From the NCBI GenBank assembly GCA_035506715.1, contig DATJOW010000204.1:2900-66899 (forward strand): a stretch of DNA of 64,000 bases, read 5' to 3'. Shown here piece by piece: positions 63,169 to 64,000 of this stretch (within the stretch, counting starts at the first letter, position 1; every line of letters starts with the position of its first letter). The position numbers were made by a program, and so were the translations under genes. This DNA comes from Candidatus Acidiferrum sp. Lineage in GTDB: Bacteria > Verrucomicrobiota > Verrucomicrobiia > Limisphaerales > UBA11358. The notes below the pieces were generated by a model, which was not told the DNA's origin, did not search any database, and saw only the letters and a program-made list of their open reading frames with translations.

Positions 63169-64000
63169 CGGTCAACCACCAGGGGAGCTCCATTGGGCTG
63201 CAGCGCGCCGACGATCCGGCCGGCCAGAATTTCGTTGGCGTTCTGGATTTCCTCGGACAAGGGGCGATGGTCCACATAGACGTGCTCGATCTGGTTGGCA
63301 TAGCGGCTGGCGAAACCGTCGAGTTCCTGGGTGAGGTGGCGGATGGTGGTGACCATGAAATTGTAGGCGAACATGGCGGGGATGGCGACGAGGAGGCCGG
63401 TGACGGTGGCGACGAGGGCGGCGGCGACGCCGGGGGCCATGGCGGTGAGGGTGGCGGCCCGGCTTTCGGCGATGCCGGCGAAGGTGGACATGACGCCCCA
63501 GACGGTGCCCAGCAATCCGATGAACGGTCCGCCGGCCACCGCGGTGGACAACACAATCATCCCTTTTTCCAGTCCCACCGCCTCCGCGCTGGCCGCTTCC
63601 TCCAGCACCACCTTGATCGCCTCAAACGACGCCATGCTGACTTTCACCTCGACAGACCGGGCGAGGAAATCGGTGTTTGTGTGTTCGTGACCCTCGGCGG
63701 GAGCGACCCGGGGGAGGGACCGTGCCGCGACGGGATTGTTTTTTAATTGATACGCCAGTTCGTCTGCGCCGCGGATGTAGAGCTGATACGCGGGCGAGCC
63801 GTCAAATTCCTTGCCCTGGCGCTGAATGTCCAGGGGGTCGCGGGTGGAATTGTAGGCGGCAAAGAATTTTTTGCTCGCCTGGCGGGCGATCAGCAACTGG
63901 CGGAACTTGGTGATGATGATGGTCCAACTGAACAGCGACAGGACCAGCAGGGCAATCACGGTGACTTTGCCTTCGGTCGTGGCGTTCTGGATGGCGTACA
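63165..64000 (-). CDS. exbB: MotA/TolQ/ExbB proton-channel protein (N-terminus beyond the window end)
   Basis: The reading frame stays open upstream of the listed start to base 64000 (...YAIQNATTEGKVTVIALLVLSLFSW). GGPFIGLLGTVWGVMSTFAGI and TAMAPGVAAALVATVTGLLVAIPA are the ExbB/TolQ signature helices. Confidence 0.85.
   Translation of the reverse strand, partial: YAIQNATTEGKVTVIALLVLSLFSWTIIITKFRQLLIARQASKKFFAAYNSTRDPLDIQRQGKEFDGSPAYQLYIRGADELAYQLKNNPVAARSLPRVAPAEGHEHTNTDFLARSVEVKVSMASFEAIKVVLEEAASAEAVGLEKGMIVLSTAVAGGPFIGLLGTVWGVMSTFAGIAESRAATLTAMAPGVAAALVATVTGLLVAIPAMFAYNFMVTTIRHLTQELDGFASRYANQIEHVYVDHRPLSEEIQNANEILAGRIVGALQPNGAPLVVDR

Overview
This is a GC-rich, tightly packed chromosomal segment with about 60 genes. 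I recognised no rRNA, tRNA, CRISPR array, transposase or integrase. The gene content points to a PVC-superphylum bacterium, probably Verrucomicrobiota. That is inference from a prepilin-like protein, a BlaR1-secretin fusion, an ECF sigma with a long extension, and exoproteins ending in FYR-x3-P.

Functional blocks in order:
- blaI-blaR1-like pair.
- Metal ABC uptake operon with its own outer-membrane barrel and a His/Cys-rich small protein.
- secA, then a DHp-only mini histidine-kinase fragment, then lpxI.
- DUF971-mntR divergent from mntH, with two palindromic operators.
- uspA and a VOC-family gene.
- Pectin/rhamnogalacturonan catabolism: eda, GH105 x2, kduD, kduI, PL4 lyase, GH28, CE2-like esterase.
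- ECF sigma fused to a TM helix and an LTXXQ-type domain; a DRG-like GTPase.
- A central uncharacterised cluster: polytopic membrane protein, two tandem beta-propeller exoproteins of about 810 aa, an M48 protease and an FHA/zinc-finger/polytopic membrane protein.
- eno, an M3 oligoendopeptidase, an ntrC-type regulator with a C26 amidotransferase, ispF.
- phoR-phoB with a clear Pho box, nnr, adk, fmt.
- arsR-arsM-acr3-arsC, then pstSCAB-phoU with a porin, then exbB-exbD-tonB-exbD.

Best candidates for something new:
- The central propeller/M48/FHA membrane cluster, and the shared C-terminal FYR module on its exoproteins.
- The membrane-tethered ECF sigma with a CpxP/Spy-like LTXXQ domain.
- The hotspot 3' of the M3 peptidase gene: serial copies of the gene's 3' end plus an AT-rich ORF bounded by inverted repeats.

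All functional calls come from reading the translations. No database search was run.
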